64,000 nucleotides of DNA, from positions 124,001 to 188,000 of the forward strand of contig OZ316899.1 in assembly GCA_973895155.1 (NCBI GenBank). The letters run 5' to 3'. A model generated the notes under the pieces. It did no database searches. It had not been told where the DNA came from and was given only the letters and a program-made list of their open reading frames with translations. Shown here in pieces: positions 62,601 through 64,000 of the stretch (its first letter is position 1; every line of letters begins with the position of its first letter). This stretch comes from Marsupella aquatica. Lineage: Eukaryota; Plantae; Marchantiophyta. The position numbers were made by a program, and so were the translations under genes.

Positions 62601-64000
62601 TAAAAAGCGAGTCTCATGGGATCCGTCCATTCCGCAATTGGAGGAAGTAAACCCCATCCCGAGACCAATCCCGGTCCCACCCATGTACGGAGGGGTTCGG
62701 TTAGCTGAGCTTGACGCGAGCCTGGACCCGAGTCTGCGAAACCAGGTTGAAGTCATCAGGAAGGAGCACTACCGGAAGTACACTATTGGGATGGACAAAT
62801 CTTTTAACCTGGGCCAAGCTCTGACGGGGAAGGCTGAAAAATCCATCCAAGCTTTGCTCAAGGAATATGAAGATGTGTTTGCATGGAGTCATCATGATTT
62901 AACAGGCGTCTCCCCCGAGTTGGGAGAACACACGATCGATCTGAACCTAGGAGCCCATGCGGTACGACAGCGACAACGTCGCATGAATCCGAGGTACTCC
63001 ATCTTAGTGAAGGAGGAAATTGATCGTCTCCTCGCCACCGATATCATTTACCCGGTAATGGCCAGCGACTGGGTCTCTCCCATTGTCATTGTACCAAAGA
63101 AGGGAGGTACGGATGGAAAACCTAAGATTCGTATCTGTCAGGACTACCGTAAGCTGAATGACGCAACCCGAAAAGACCATTACCCATTACCATTCACGGA
63201 TATGGTTCTAGATATGGTGGCCCGAAATAATCTATACATTTCTTGACGGGTATTCAGGTTATAACCAAATCTGGATTCGTCTCGCGGATCAGCTCAAAAC
63301 AACTTTCACTATGGAGTGGGGGACGTTCGCATTTCGGAGGATGCCTTTTGGTCTGTGTAACGCCCCGGCTATGTTTCAGCGCCTTATGATGAATATCTTC
63401 CACGATTTCCTACGGGAATTTTTGGAGATATTTATCGATGACTTTGCCATCTTCGGAACCGTTGCCATGCACCCCGAACACCTACGACGAACGTTGCAAC
63501 GATGTCGAGATGTTAACCTCAAACTACATCCCGCCAAATGCTTCTTCGGGGTAGAGGAGGGGGTGTTACTCGGGCATCGTGTGTCCAAACGGGGCATTGA
63601 GGTGGACCAAGAGAAAGTTGCGGCCTGGATGGCGGTGGTGTTCCCCTTGGATCAAAAAGCAGTACGATCCTTCTTGGGCTGCGTAGGGTATTACCGCCGG
63701 TTCATTAAAGACTTTGCTAAAATTGCGTTGCCCTTAACTGAGATGATGAAGAAGGACGCAGCGGTCGAGGAGACACCCCGAAGACGGATTGCTTTTGAGG
63801 AACTCCGTAAACGACTCACCACCGCGCCTATCATGGTCACCCCAGACTGGAATAAGGAGTTCCACGTGTATGTCGATGTGTCAGGGTTCTGTATCGGATC
63901 CGTACTTAGTCAGCTAGATGAGGATGGACGTGATCACCCCATCTATTTCGCTAGCCGTCAACTATTTGCAGCCGAAAAGAATTATTCCCCCACTGATCGA
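59653..64000 (+). pseudogene. Gag-Pol polyprotein (capsid, 3 CCHC knuckles, aspartic protease, RT, RNase H), disabled
   Basis: Capsid DPDEWLDEF...GEARPWY; CCHC knuckles at 60802, 61087 and 61171; protease LVDGGAGVN (61936); RT FIDD (63431); RNase H FHVYVDVSGFCIGSVLSQ. In-frame TGA at 60133 and a frameshift at ~63237 (Y|SFLDGYSGYNQI). Confidence 0.9.

Larger units (their letters stand above)
55312..64000 (+). mobile_element. Ty3/Gypsy LTR retrotransposon (non-chromovirus, Athila/Tat-related-looking RT), 3' part beyond the window
   Basis: Gag-PR-RT-RNaseH order; RT motifs KIRICQDYRKLNDATRKDHYPLPF and FIDDF; putative 5' LTR bounded by TGTATCCT...AGGATACA. Confidence 0.9.

Noticed and set aside
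56129-62895. Numerous minus-strand and alternate-frame ORFs within the Gypsy element
   Set aside because: Shadows of GC-rich ORF1/ORF2/gag-pol with no independent motifs.

Overview
Eukaryotic nuclear DNA from a land plant: GT-AG introns, TTTAGGG-type telomere motifs and a PLS-class PPR remnant suggest a bryophyte or other non-seed plant (inference). The window is gene-poor and transposon-rich, and I found no rRNA, tRNA or CRISPR features. It contains a 3'-truncated, multiply disabled SMC2 pseudogene (minus strand, 40.6-46.0 kb), a mosaic of gene fragments (PPR, BTB/BACK-like, PLC exon 1, CDKA exon; 46.8-49.7 kb), an intronless TET/JBP-like Fe(II) dioxygenase ORF (50.4-51.6 kb) and a Ty3/Gypsy element running off the right end (55.3-64 kb). 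It also has Helitron-like termini, a MULE-like TIR element, tandem repeats and many interstitial telomere-like motifs. Three observations stand out. (1) A fully open 4-exon gene (8547-10758) fuses a retrotransposon accessory-ORF domain to a TRF-type telobox Myb domain. (2) The same accessory-ORF family occurs four times, and in the Gypsy element the ORFs appear to lie inside a 4.3-kb LTR. (3) The TET/JBP-like ORF keeps its iron ligands but lacks an obvious canonical 2-oxoglutarate-binding Arg. All homologies were judged by eye from translations; no searches were run.
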